Source: Clostridiales bacterium
GTDB lineage: Bacteria > Bacillota > Clostridia > Oscillospirales > CAG-272
DNA length: 64,000 bases
NCBI GenBank assembly: GCA_016288155.1
Contig: JAEEYP010000058.1
Coordinates: forward strand, 1,364 to 65,363
Direction of reading: 5' to 3'
Part shown: piece after piece, positions 49,052 to 58,536 of the stretch
Numbering within the stretch: the first letter of the stretch is position 1
Layout: each line of letters starts with the position of its first letter
The notes under the pieces: generated by a model
Databases searched by the model: none
What the model saw: the letters and a program-made list of their open reading frames with translations, nothing else
What the model was told of the DNA's origin: nothing
Program-made: the position numbers and the translations under genes

Positions 49052-49725
49052 TTATTCCTGCTGCTCATATTCTGTTGCCTCCTTTGTTATATCTTCCAGT
49101 GCGTAGTCAAGATCAAAAAAGAGGTCGCCATCCTTGCATGCAAGGCATATCCAGTTAAACGCTCTCTGTGCAGACTCCCATGACGCAAACCCGAAAGTGC
49201 TTGCGTTACCTGTCGCACAGTAAAAATTTATCTGGCTCGGAACTCTCGGTGGCGTTTCAGCGTCGGTGCGAGACGCGCTATCCAAAGGATCGTTAGCAGG
49301 ACCGGGGCTTATACAGATCTTTACTATGCTGCTCATGTTGATGATTTCGTTTTTGTACTTTATGAACATTATTTCCGCTCCTCCTTCTCTGGGAACGGTT
49401 CGTTCCAGCACCGGTAGCAGTCACCGTCTGCGCCGCACGCGTGGTTTTCGGCTCTGTACACCGACTCTCTGCACGTCTTGGGCGTTCCATCTTCTTCCTT
49501 CGATGCCTCTGGGTTTCGCTCAAAGAAGTCGTCGGCGTAGGTTTTGCGGTGGGTGCACTCATATGCTTTTGCTATTGTTTTAGCTATTTCTTCGTCCAAA
49601 TTTTTCCCTGCGACGCGGGTAAACCCTGTAGGCGTACATTTGACGCCGTCAAACGGGCAATCGTAGCACGTTTTATGCTTTCCGCACTCGGTTGCAACAA
49701 TTATGAGATATTCTCTCGCATCCAT
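49052..49725 (-). CDS. Two hypothetical phage proteins
   Basis: MDAREYL... (Cys-rich) and MFIKYKNE... coupled ORFs. Confidence 0.6.
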
Positions 49726-49744
49726 CTTATCGACTCCTTTCTAT

Positions 49745-50503
49745 TTAGCCGGTGTAGCCGACTCCGTACGGATCCGGAATCGACCAGTCCCAATAGTGCG
49801 TCTCGGGCAGATCCACGAACGTATCGCGGAAATAATTGTGATAGCCGTCGCCGTGGAACCAGAGGTATTCCCGGGGGAGAACGCGCCCGACGTCCTGCAC
49901 GCCGCGCTTCTCGGCGTACCAGCGGCACATGACGTCGCGGGCGATGATCAGCAGATCCTCCCGGACCGGGTTGCCCGGTTTATATCCCGCGAACTGACCG
50001 GGCTGCGTGACGACCGACACGATATCGTCCGGAAACATCGGATCCGGCGAATCGACGCGGTTTAGAATGCACCAGACCACGGCGGCCTGCTCAAGCCGCG
50101 ATTCGCCGTTGAACTCGATGTACAGTGCCTTGGCGATATATGTTGCATAAACCTCATCGATGTCCGTCCACGCAAAGGTGGGAATGACGCTCTCTGCGTC
50201 CGTCTCGGGCGCGGTAACGGCCTCCGTGACGGGTTCAGTCACCGCCTCGGTAACGGCCTCCGTGGCAGGTTCAGTGACAGCCTCGGTGACGGGCTCGGTC
50301 ACTGTCTCAGTGATGGCTTCTGTCTCGGTCACGGCCTCCGTGACGGGCTCCGTCTCCTCGAGCGATTCGTCGTACTCTTCGGTGTACGGCGTGGTACACT
50401 CAATGTCCTCGCCCTCGGCGGGAGCCGTGCAGGCGACGATGAGCAGCACGGCCAGCGTGCTTAGACAGACGACAAGCAGAGCTGTCAAAACTCTCAGTCT
50501 CAT
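49745..50503 (-). CDS. Exported SleB-like cell wall hydrolase with EPVTEAVT repeat linker
   Basis: Signal/TM segment; AKALYIE, ILNRV, FPDDI..VVTQPGQF. Confidence 0.8.
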   Translation of the reverse strand: MRLRVLTALLVVCLSTLAVLLIVACTAPAEGEDIECTTPYTEEYDESLEETEPVTEAVTETEAITETVTEPVTEAVTEPATEAVTEAVTEPVTEAVTAPETDAESVIPTFAWTDIDEVYATYIAKALYIEFNGESRLEQAAVVWCILNRVDSPDPMFPDDIVSVVTQPGQFAGYKPGNPVREDLLIIARDVMCRWYAEKRGVQDVGRVLPREYLWFHGDGYHNYFRDTFVDLPETHYWDWSIPDPYGVGYTG

Positions 50504-50508
50504 TTCTC

Positions 50509-52536
50509 TCAATCCTTTCGGTAAAATTCGCCGACCCATCCGTCGGCCTTGAGCGGGAGGTCCGGCGCCCATGGCACCGGCATAGACATGATGTCCGCCA
50601 CCTTCTGCAGCATCTCTTTCTCGGTGCCGAATGGCGCGATGTCGATCACGACTTCATCGTGCACGTGAAACACGATCGGCAGCCCCGCAGCCTCGAGCCG
50701 GTCGATCGCTGCGGCGAGACAGTCGCGGGCGATCGCCTGCACGACGTTCTCGGTCAACTTGCCGCCGTACGTCTCGATCCGCGTCCATTTTTTCGTCGTC
50801 TGGTCAACGCCGGCGTAGGATATAGACGTTCCGCCGAAACGGTTCTCGCCGATGCCGGGCTCGTTGTAGTAGAGCTTTCGACCGGATGGGAGCTGAATAG
50901 AGAGATAACGGTAGAAGTCGTTGTCGTGCCGCTTATACCACCCGACCTCGAATGTGAGCCCCCGGACCGTCTGAACACCACCGTTGTTGATGACGTCCTC
51001 CACGGCGCGCTGGATATCATACCAGAGCTGAACCGTATGTGGGTTGGCCTTCCGCCAGTCGTTTACCAGCCCTTGCACCTCGTCGTCGGATGCTGCATCA
51101 AGCAGATGTCCGGTATCCATCCGGCGCATGGCGCCGACGCCGCCCTGATACCCGCAGGCCAGCACCGCGACCTTGCCGCGCTGACGCAGGTGACCGTTCT
51201 CGCCGCCCTTCACGACCGGGACGCCGAACATTTGAGACGCCGTCTCGCAGTAGATGTCCTTCCCGGCGCGGAATGCGTCGAGCACCCACTGCTCGCCCGA
51301 CAACCAAGCGATGACGCGGGCCTCGATCGCGGAGAAGTCCGCGTCGATCAGCACGTTCCCGGGTGTAGCGGTGAACGCGGTTCGGATCAGCTGCGACAGC
51401 ACGTCCGGCACCGGGCCGTAGAACACGCGCAGGTGATCCTTTTTCTGCTCTCGAACGAACTGCCGGGCGAGATCCAGCGGCTCGATGTACGTTCGCGGCA
51501 GGTTCTGCACCTGCACCAGACGTCCGGCCCACCGGCCTGTACGATTCGCGCCGTAGAACTGCAGGAGCCCGCGGACGCGTCCGTCGGCGCAGACACAGTG
51601 TTCGATAGCGTCGTACTTTTTCGTAGACGTTTTGCCGAGCTCCTGCCGGATCTCCAGCATCCGCTGGACCTCGTCGCTGTGTCCGCCTTGTGCGAGGAGA
51701 CCGGAGACGGTTTCCTTCCGCAGGTCAGTGATCTGCGTCTCTTCATCCGTCTCAGCGTTCAGCCACGTCGTGAGCTGAAACACGGAATTCGGGTTCTCGA
51801 GACCAGACAGACCTATTGCCTCTGTAGTTAGGTCCGTCTTGACGGTCTCTCCGAGCGTCCGGGCGGCACGGACGAAATCGGAATCGACCGCCACGCCGCG
51901 GGCGTTGATGAAGAGATCCGTCTCCCATTGTTTCTGGACGAACTCCGGGACCGGGTACGGAGCGAGCCTTGTCTCGATTTCCCGTTCCGTGACGACGTCC
52001 TGCCCGTTGTACTCCTTGAACGCCTGCCACTTATCGGGCGCGTCCGCCGGCATGTTGCGTGTGCGGAAGTTGTTTGCTTTCGTAGGCTTGCAGGGAGTGC
52101 AGAAAAACCGGATCAGCGCCTTGCCTGTGGCCAGCTTCTGCTTGTCCTCCGGCAGCCCCAGTGCGCGTCCTGTGGCGTCAAGACCGGCTGTAAACCCGGC
52201 GTAGAGTCCGTGCATCATGACGTCGCGCCACTGGTCGGGCGGCAGGCTGTAGCTCAGATCGCGCAGGATCCGACGGAAAAAAGTCGTCAGGCACGTCCAC
52301 TCAAACGCGGCGTTGTATGCAAACTTTTCGTACATGGGATCGCGGAGGACCCACGAGAGCTCTGACGGGATCGGATCCCCGGAGGCCAAGTCGATGACGG
52401 TCACAGGACCGTCATCGACCGCGTACGCGATGAGCAGGACGTCAAAAGCCGAACTCTCGGTGTACTTGTAAACTCCGGACTTTAAGAGGTCCACATCGGA
52501 GAATGTCTCGATATCTATGTGCAGCGCGTACGTCAT
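50509..52536 (-). CDS. DNA polymerase, family A
   Basis: IDIET, YNAAFE, RTGRWAG, DFSAIEAR, RQRGK...Y, HVHDE. Confidence 0.95.
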   Translation of the reverse strand: MTYALHIDIETFSDVDLLKSGVYKYTESSAFDVLLIAYAVDDGPVTVIDLASGDPIPSELSWVLRDPMYEKFAYNAAFEWTCLTTFFRRILRDLSYSLPPDQWRDVMMHGLYAGFTAGLDATGRALGLPEDKQKLATGKALIRFFCTPCKPTKANNFRTRNMPADAPDKWQAFKEYNGQDVVTEREIETRLAPYPVPEFVQKQWETDLFINARGVAVDSDFVRAARTLGETVKTDLTTEAIGLSGLENPNSVFQLTTWLNAETDEETQITDLRKETVSGLLAQGGHSDEVQRMLEIRQELGKTSTKKYDAIEHCVCADGRVRGLLQFYGANRTGRWAGRLVQVQNLPRTYIEPLDLARQFVREQKKDHLRVFYGPVPDVLSQLIRTAFTATPGNVLIDADFSAIEARVIAWLSGEQWVLDAFRAGKDIYCETASQMFGVPVVKGGENGHLRQRGKVAVLACGYQGGVGAMRRMDTGHLLDAASDDEVQGLVNDWRKANPHTVQLWYDIQRAVEDVINNGGVQTVRGLTFEVGWYKRHDNDFYRYLSIQLPSGRKLYYNEPGIGENRFGGTSISYAGVDQTTKKWTRIETYGGKLTENVVQAIARDCLAAAIDRLEAAGLPIVFHVHDEVVIDIAPFGTEKEMLQKVADIMSMPVPWAPDLPLKADGWVGEFYRKD

Positions 52537-52548
52537 GGTTGCCTCCGT

Positions 52549-52755
52549 TTATAACATGTCTGAGATCCGCAACAGCTCCTCACGGATGACTGTGATCCGG
52601 CGTCTTATGCTTTCCCTGCTATCCCATTTGGGGAGATCATAACCACCCTCTGGGCGCCTACCGTTTTTCTTTCTAACGGCTTCATAGCGATCGAGCGACC
52701 GACTCACGCTCTCCACCAGCGCCGCAACGGTATCGATGCGTTGCTGTTGGATCAT
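52549..52755 (-). CDS. Hypothetical protein
   Basis: Coupled ORF. Confidence 0.6.
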   Translation of the reverse strand: MIQQQRIDTVAALVESVSRSLDRYEAVRKKNGRRPEGGYDLPKWDSRESIRRRITVIREELLRISDML

Positions 52756-53369
52756 GCCCACGGGAGCCCGGTGACCGGGTTGATCGCAGGAACAGCATCC
52801 GCCGGTGTAGCCTGAGCGAGCTGTGCGAACTCGTTCGCGGACGGCTTGACGACGCCACCGAGCGATTCGCCGTCACGAATCTTCATCACACCGTCAATGG
52901 AACAGCCGATGCCCTTCTTGCCTGCATTCGCATACCCGAAGAAATGAATCGTACAGCGCGCGTACATGCCGCTGTAGCTGTCCTGCGGTGCCAGTTCGAC
53001 GTTGGGGTTGCTGATATCACACACCCAAGGGCGGCCGTCCTGCGCGCGCCGAGACGCGGTCATGACCCACATTCCCTTGCACTCATCCCCGAACGGGGTG
53101 CCGTCCTGCCGGACGCCGTCACCGTCGTGAATCGGGTTCGGGACGATCGGCGGCTTGACGCCGCCCCACGTCTTCGGAATTGCCGCGGCTACGGCTGCAG
53201 CAATGGCGTTCTGGAGATCATTCACAGTCGCCGTATCGTTCTTCGGGATCAGTAGCGTAACGGAGTATTTCGGCTCCGCATTAAGCTGGCCGGCGTACGG
53301 CGCGGCGAGGTGTACGTAGGACAGCCGGACCTCTCCGGTCAAACATTTATTAGGCTGATTCATATACAT
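52752..53369 (-). CDS. ssDNA-binding protein, DUF2815
   Basis: VRLSY, KYSVTLLIPK, HDGD, YSGMY, DGESLGG. Confidence 0.88.
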   Translation of the reverse strand: MYMNQPNKCLTGEVRLSYVHLAAPYAGQLNAEPKYSVTLLIPKNDTATVNDLQNAIAAAVAAAIPKTWGGVKPPIVPNPIHDGDGVRQDGTPFGDECKGMWVMTASRRAQDGRPWVCDISNPNVELAPQDSYSGMYARCTIHFFGYANAGKKGIGCSIDGVMKIRDGESLGGVVKPSANEFAQLAQATPADAVPAINPVTGLPWA

Positions 53370-53704
53370 GGTAGTTTCTCCTTTTCGTTTTTCGTTTGTC
53401 GTTTTTGGCCCTGATACCGGGCCTTCTCTGCGGAATAGATTTCCCACGCCTTCTTGACGCGGGCGAGCTTCTTCGGGAGTTTTTCGCCGAATCGCTCCAG
53501 CGTCTCGATATCGCTGATGTACTTTCGGAAAGCCCCGTCGAAAAACTCAATCGCCCGTTGGTTCTCCTCGAACCTCTCAAACTGGAACAGCCACCGGAAA
53601 AGCTTTTTGAACGCGTCGACGTGCCCTTCAAGGACGAACATCGGCCAGTTCAGCGAGAACCGACAAGCGTCGAAGCATCGGATCACGACCGTTTCGTCAC
53701 TCAT
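53360..53704 (-). CDS. Hypothetical protein
   Basis: Coupled ORF. Confidence 0.6.
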   Translation of the reverse strand: MSDETVVIRCFDACRFSLNWPMFVLEGHVDAFKKLFRWLFQFERFEENQRAIEFFDGAFRKYISDIETLERFGEKLPKKLARVKKAWEIYSAEKARYQGQKRQTKNEKEKLPCI

Positions 53705-54905
53705 CCGCTTTCACTCCTGCAAACTCGCCGGCGCCCGGTGCGGGCGTGTAATTCTTGCGCTTGTCGCTCTCGGTGACCAGCGTCGGACTGCCGGGGAGAT
53801 AGGTGATCAGCTCACCGAGCAATTCCTCAAACCGTTTTTTGCCGAGCGCCTTCTCGACCTGCGCCGGCGACTTCGGCTTCGTTGTGAAGAAGTCGGCCTC
53901 CGTCAGCCCTGCGGCCTTCAGGTGATCCAGCGCGACGCCATTATCGATGAAGGCGCGTTCCTGTCGCCCTTCGACGACCTTCCAGCCGGGGATGACGCCG
54001 CCTTCGAGGATCCGCTGGCGGGCGTAGTTCTGAAGGTCTGCATACCATGCCGCAAGGCCTTCGCCGCGCGTCAGAAGGTCGGCGACCTCCGCGTCCGTCA
54101 GAACACGGACCGGGGAAGCGTCCTCCATAGCACGACCGACCGGGACGGCCTCGACGTACTCGAACAGCTCTCCGAAGTGCTCCGCGCGGGCGCGGCATTC
54201 CGCCTTCCCGCGACAGAACTGGCACCACTCACCGGGCGCGAAATCGCCGGTCCCGACAAATGCGGCCTGTGCAATCGGCTTGATCGCCTCGCCCCACGCA
54301 AGCAGTTCGTCGACCGTGATCCATTCCTCCGTCACGTCCTCCGTGATCCGCGGCTGGACGATGGCCGTGCAGATTTTCGTGATCGTGTCACCGAAAATCG
54401 GCGCCCAGCGCTTCAGCGCACCGAGGGCGTACAGCCGCATCTGGCCGTTGTTGATGGAGCTGACCGGGACGCCTTTGCCGTGTTTGTAGTCCGTGATCCG
54501 CAAGGTGTCGTCGCCGATCATGACGCAGTCGCATGTGCCGAAGCCCTCCGGGATATAATCGGATAGATCGACGCGGACCTCGAAATCGACCTGCGGCGTG
54601 TCCGAATACTCGTGCGCTTTTTCGCTGAGGTAGCTCACGTAGATCTCGGCGGTCTGCAGCATCTCGTCGGACCATACCGGATCCGCCTGCAGTTTCTTCA
54701 GCGCCGACGTGAAAGCTCGCTTCGACATCGGCGTGAAGTGCTTGCGGCCGTGCAGTTCGCACACCGCGTGGGCCAGCGTGCCCTCCTCAGCATAGGACGA
54801 CGTCCCCGGCGGGAACTGCTCCTCAAACCGCGGAGCGGCGGTGCAGTGTGACCACCGCTCGTATGCGGACGCCGTTACAACGGCGTGTTCTTCAGGTCTC
54901 GGCAT
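53697..54905 (-). CDS. DUF2800 Cas4-like PD-(D/E)xK nuclease
   Basis: AEEGTLAH, GFGTCD, DYKHG, QMRLYALG, WCQFC....C. Confidence 0.88.
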   Translation of the reverse strand: MPRPEEHAVVTASAYERWSHCTAAPRFEEQFPPGTSSYAEEGTLAHAVCELHGRKHFTPMSKRAFTSALKKLQADPVWSDEMLQTAEIYVSYLSEKAHEYSDTPQVDFEVRVDLSDYIPEGFGTCDCVMIGDDTLRITDYKHGKGVPVSSINNGQMRLYALGALKRWAPIFGDTITKICTAIVQPRITEDVTEEWITVDELLAWGEAIKPIAQAAFVGTGDFAPGEWCQFCRGKAECRARAEHFGELFEYVEAVPVGRAMEDASPVRVLTDAEVADLLTRGEGLAAWYADLQNYARQRILEGGVIPGWKVVEGRQERAFIDNGVALDHLKAAGLTEADFFTTKPKSPAQVEKALGKKRFEELLGELITYLPGSPTLVTESDKRKNYTPAPGAGEFAGVKADE

Positions 54906-54916
54906 CGCGTGCCTCC

Positions 54917-55465
54917 TCAGATGTGCGCGCCGAGCTTACGGAGCCCTTCGGCAACGGCGGTGTACTGCTCGGGTTTCAACTGCGTCACTGCCTGCACGCC
55001 ATTCGCTTTGAGCAGGTCCATGAGCGGGCCGATCTTGTTCTCAGCAAGCAGCTCCGAGCCCGCCGCGGATATGTCTTTGAAGGTATACACCTTCTCCTTC
55101 GGCTCGGCCGGTTCGGTCGGAGTCGTCGGCGTGGACGACGCAGTCGTAGGAGCAGAAGGGGTAGGCGAATCCGTAGGGACAGAAGGGGTAGAAGGGGCAG
55201 GTGTTGGCTCCGGTGTCGGAACAAGCTCCGACGTCGGAATAGGGTTTGCCGGTGCGGCGGTCTCCACGCTCTTCTTCGCGGCAGGGCGTTCGGGCGTCAC
55301 GGGGATCTCATCCGGCTCCGGCATCGTGGGGATCTCATCCGACGTCGTCGGATAGTTCACTACGGCGATCGCCCGTTCCCGCAGCAGGGCGTCCGTGAGG
55401 CCCTTCAGCAGGTCGACAAGGGCCGGGCTCGCATCAATAACGTGTTTGATCGTGATCTCTGTCAT
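54917..55465 (-). CDS. Pro/Thr-rich phage protein
   Basis: Usual position upstream of DUF2800. Confidence 0.75.
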   Translation of the reverse strand: MTEITIKHVIDASPALVDLLKGLTDALLRERAIAVVNYPTTSDEIPTMPEPDEIPVTPERPAAKKSVETAAPANPIPTSELVPTPEPTPAPSTPSVPTDSPTPSAPTTASSTPTTPTEPAEPKEKVYTFKDISAAGSELLAENKIGPLMDLLKANGVQAVTQLKPEQYTAVAEGLRKLGAHI

Positions 55466-55618
55466 TTTCGTTTGCCTCCGTTCGATTTTCGTTTTTTAGT
55501 ATTCAGCAGCCACCGCTCAAAAGCCTCCCGGTTTTTCGGATCATCGTAAAACCGGTTCACAGCCTCGAGACATGACGCGCTGAGCGTACGCGCGTCCGTC
55601 TCGGTCATCGTCGAGAGA

Positions 55619-55843
55619 TCAATCATGGCGGCTCTTGACGACGTCTCGTCCCGGGGCCGTCTCCAGCTCGACCAGCGCGTCCTCAATGCGCCGACGACTC
55701 TTCTCGGTACCTTTTCGCCCGTTCAGAATTTCGGAGACGTAGGATTCGTTGTATCCGCACCGAATTGCAAGGATCTTCTGAGTGATCCCTACAATGTGCA
55801 TCCGGCGGACGATATCCCCGGACCATTCTCTGACATCATCCAA
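55619..55843 (-). CDS. Cro-like HTH regulator
   Basis: ITQKILA..CGYNESYVSEILNG; divergent from the repressor. Confidence 0.8.
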   Translation of the reverse strand: MDDVREWSGDIVRRMHIVGITQKILAIRCGYNESYVSEILNGRKGTEKSRRRIEDALVELETAPGRDVVKSRHD

Positions 55844-56082
55844 TAAGCATCAGCTCCTTTCAGTTTGTCGAATTTGTTTGACTTTTGGCGGAAGCTGTGC
55901 TATAATAAAAGCTGTCACCTGCTTTTCTCACAGCGCATGCCGTTCCACCGGCATGTTTGACAGGCCCGCAAAAGTCTAATTTCTTTGGCTGCTACGCACA
56001 TTATAGCACCGAATTTTGCGCCTGTCAATAGTCTTTGACTAAAAAGTCAAAAATTTTTGACAAAAAGAAAGGAAGTGCTGTC

Positions 56083-56529
56083 ATGACGTTTTTTGAGCGA
56101 TACTCAGATCTCTGCCTGTCGCACGGTTACAAGCCGGTATCAGAACAGGCGGCGCAGGCAATCGGATCCAGCCGAGGGACGATCTCCACGTGGAAGATCG
56201 GAAACAATCTCCCGCGACCCGAGGTGATCGTGACGATCGCCAACGCCTACCACGTTTCCACGGACTACCTGCTCGGCCGAACAGACGACCCGGTCGATTA
56301 TTCCGATCCGGAAGAGCTGGTCCGGATCGCAAAAGAGGCGACCGGCAACGACGCCCTCAGAGCTGCGGCTACACGGCGGCTCGTAGACCTCGACGCAAAA
56401 GAAAAAGCGGCCCGTCAGGCCGCCACCGTGCTGCTGTCTCTGTACGATCGCCTCGACGCAGCCGACAAGGGGAAGCTTGAAGGCTTTGCGCAGGGATTAC
56501 TGCTGCAGGGGAAATACAACAATGGGTAA
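56083..56529 (+). CDS. CI-like XRE repressor
   Basis: GSSRGTISTWK...IANAYHVSTDYLLG. Confidence 0.88.
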   Translation: MTFFERYSDLCLSHGYKPVSEQAAQAIGSSRGTISTWKIGNNLPRPEVIVTIANAYHVSTDYLLGRTDDPVDYSDPEELVRIAKEATGNDALRAAATRRLVDLDAKEKAARQAATVLLSLYDRLDAADKGKLEGFAQGLLLQGKYNNG

Positions 56530-58135
56530 GGTGGAGATCGTACCAACCGCAAGCCGGGAGAACACCGCCGGCACGATCGCTGTCGTCTATGCGCGGTACT
56601 CCTCGCACACGCAGGGCGAACAGTCCATCGACGGCCAGCTTGCGGCGGCGCGGACGTACGCGGCGGCCAAGGGTTACACAATCGTGCACGAGTACATCGA
56701 CCGGGCGATGACGGGCCGGAACGACGACCGCGAGGCCTTCCAGCAGATGCTGTCAGACTGCGGGAAGCACAGTTTTCAGATCATCATTGTCTGGAAGGTC
56801 GACCGATTCGGTCGTAACCGCGAAGAGATCACATTTAATAAGCACCGGTGCCGCAAGCACGGCGTCCGGGTCGAATATGTCGCCGAGACGATGCCCGACG
56901 GCCCGGAAGGCGTAATTCTCGAATCCGTCCTCGAAGGGATGGCGGAATACTACTCGCTCCAGCTCTCCCAGAACATCCGGCGCGGGACGCGGGAAAATGC
57001 GAAGCGCTGCCGGTTCACCGGCGGGAGGGTACCGCTTGGCTACACGCTGACGTCTGACCATGAATTCCGGATCGATCCGGAGACGGCACCGATTGTCCGA
57101 CGGATCTTCGAGGCGTATGCGGCCGGCACGTCCATGGCGGAAATCGCGCGGGGACTGACTGCGGACGGACTGCGGACGAAGTTAGGTACGCCGTTCACGA
57201 CCAATAGCATCCGGAGCGTCCTCACAAACGAAAAGTACATCGGTGTGTACGATTTCAAGGATGGGGAGATCCGCGTCGAAGACGGTGTCCCGGCAATCGT
57301 GGATCGGCAGACGTTTGAAAAAGTACGGAATGCCCTACGACGCGCCACAACGCCCGCTGCGGCCCGATGGCGCAGGGCAGATTATTTGCTTACAGGGAAG
57401 TTGTTCTGCGGAGCCTGCGGCGCGCTGATGGCAGGTGAGAGCGGTACAAGCAAGACCGGTGCCAAGCATGGTTACTATCTCTGCTCGCACCACAAACACC
57501 GGAAGGGCTGCAAGGCCAAGGCTGTCCGACAGGACTGGCTCGAAGAGTACGTGCTTGACACCGTTCGGGATTTGGTCATGGACGACGAGACGATCCAGTC
57601 TATCACGGACCTCGTATGGAACTACTATTCTGCGAACATGCGGACGGAGGATCGGAAAACCACGCTCGAAGCGCAGATCCGGGACCTCGACGCCGCCGAG
57701 CGAAACATCCTCCGAGCCGTCGAGGCCGGACTTCCGGTCACGGAACAGACAAAAAGCCGCCTGTCGGAGCTGGACGCACAGCGAACAGCTCTGCAGACGG
57801 CGCTCGCGGAAGTGAAGTACGACGACCGGCTACACCTCACACGGGATCACATCGAATTCTTCCTGCTGCAGTTCCGGGACGGAGACTGGACCGACCGGGA
57901 ATGGCAGCGCCGGGTGATCGACACCTTCGTCAACTCGATCTACGTCACGGACGATGACCTACTGATCAACCTGAACTACGGAGGCGCCCAGACGCAAATC
58001 AAGCTCGAAGACGCCCAAAAAGCGCGGGTCGGAGGGTTCGAGCCGCGTGCATTATGCTCCACCAAAAAAGCGGGATGCAGAAGCATCCCGCTTTTTTGGT
58101 GCAAGCAATGGAGGGGCTCGAAGGGCGCGGAGTGA
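56522..58135 (+). CDS. Large serine recombinase (integrase)
   Basis: YARYSS, DRFGR, PLGY, Zn ribbon CGACG, coiled coil. Confidence 0.96.
   Translation: MGKVEIVPTASRENTAGTIAVVYARYSSHTQGEQSIDGQLAAARTYAAAKGYTIVHEYIDRAMTGRNDDREAFQQMLSDCGKHSFQIIIVWKVDRFGRNREEITFNKHRCRKHGVRVEYVAETMPDGPEGVILESVLEGMAEYYSLQLSQNIRRGTRENAKRCRFTGGRVPLGYTLTSDHEFRIDPETAPIVRRIFEAYAAGTSMAEIARGLTADGLRTKLGTPFTTNSIRSVLTNEKYIGVYDFKDGEIRVEDGVPAIVDRQTFEKVRNALRRATTPAAARWRRADYLLTGKLFCGACGALMAGESGTSKTGAKHGYYLCSHHKHRKGCKAKAVRQDWLEEYVLDTVRDLVMDDETIQSITDLVWNYYSANMRTEDRKTTLEAQIRDLDAAERNILRAVEAGLPVTEQTKSRLSELDAQRTALQTALAEVKYDDRLHLTRDHIEFFLLQFRDGDWTDREWQRRVIDTFVNSIYVTDDDLLINLNYGGAQTQIKLEDAQKARVGGFEPRALCSTKKAGCRSIPLFWCKQWRGSKGAE
58057..58066 (+). 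other. Right att junction core CTCCACCAAA, inside the integrase 3' end
   Basis: Matches 6013-6022. Confidence 0.8.
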
Positions 58136-58341
58136 ATGACAGCCCGGGGGGCTGTCAGAGCGCGTCCCGGCCCGCCCGGAGGCGGGGAGCCCCCTCGTCT
58201 CCACCAAAAAGCGGGATGCAGAAGCATCCCGCTTTTTTGGTGCAAACAAAGGAGGGGCTCGAAGGGCGCGGAGTGAATGACAGCCCGGGGGGCTGTCAGA
58301 GCGCGCCCCGGCCCGCCCGGAGGCGGGGAGCCCCCTCGTCT
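58057..58341 (+). repeat. Two tandem ~142-bp tRNA-linked palindromic repeats
   Basis: Units begin at 58057 and 58199; terminator-like hairpin, TGACAGCCC/GGGCTGTCA hairpin, tRNA 3'-end copies. Confidence 0.9.
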
Positions 58342-58536
58342 TTTTTCTTCGCCCGTCTGAATGCGGTGAAATTTGTGCATTTTCCACCGATTCCGGTGAA
58401 AAATCCGCGTTTGCTCTTGCTTTTCCGGGCGATATATGGTATCGTTATTATACGAAGACCCGTATATCCCCCTCCCCGCGGACCGGAACGGCGTCGCGGG
58501 GATCGTATCGACGGAGAGAGAGAGGAGGCGGCGGGA

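Larger units (their letters stand above)
6013..58066. mobile_element. Prophage (siphovirus-like, probably defective), ~52 kb, integrated at the tRNA-Val 3' end
   Basis: Integrase, repressor, replication, terminase, portal, capsid, tape measure and lysis genes; CTCCACCAAA core at both ends. Confidence 0.95.

Noticed and set aside
53697-54905. Cas4-like gene as part of a CRISPR-Cas system
   Set aside because: DUF2800 is a standard member of the DUF2815-PolA replication module; there are no cas genes or array.
58187-58208. 22-bp exact match to the tRNA 3' end (6001-6022) as the right att site
   Set aside because: It is the junction between two tandem repeat units. The shorter core at 58057 gives an inverted-repeat attP and an in-frame integrase tail, which fits serine recombinase behaviour better. 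Not formally excluded.
58054-58536. N-terminal extension of the AraC ORF
   Set aside because: It is translated repeat DNA; the real start is ATG 58537 with a GAGGAGG RBS.
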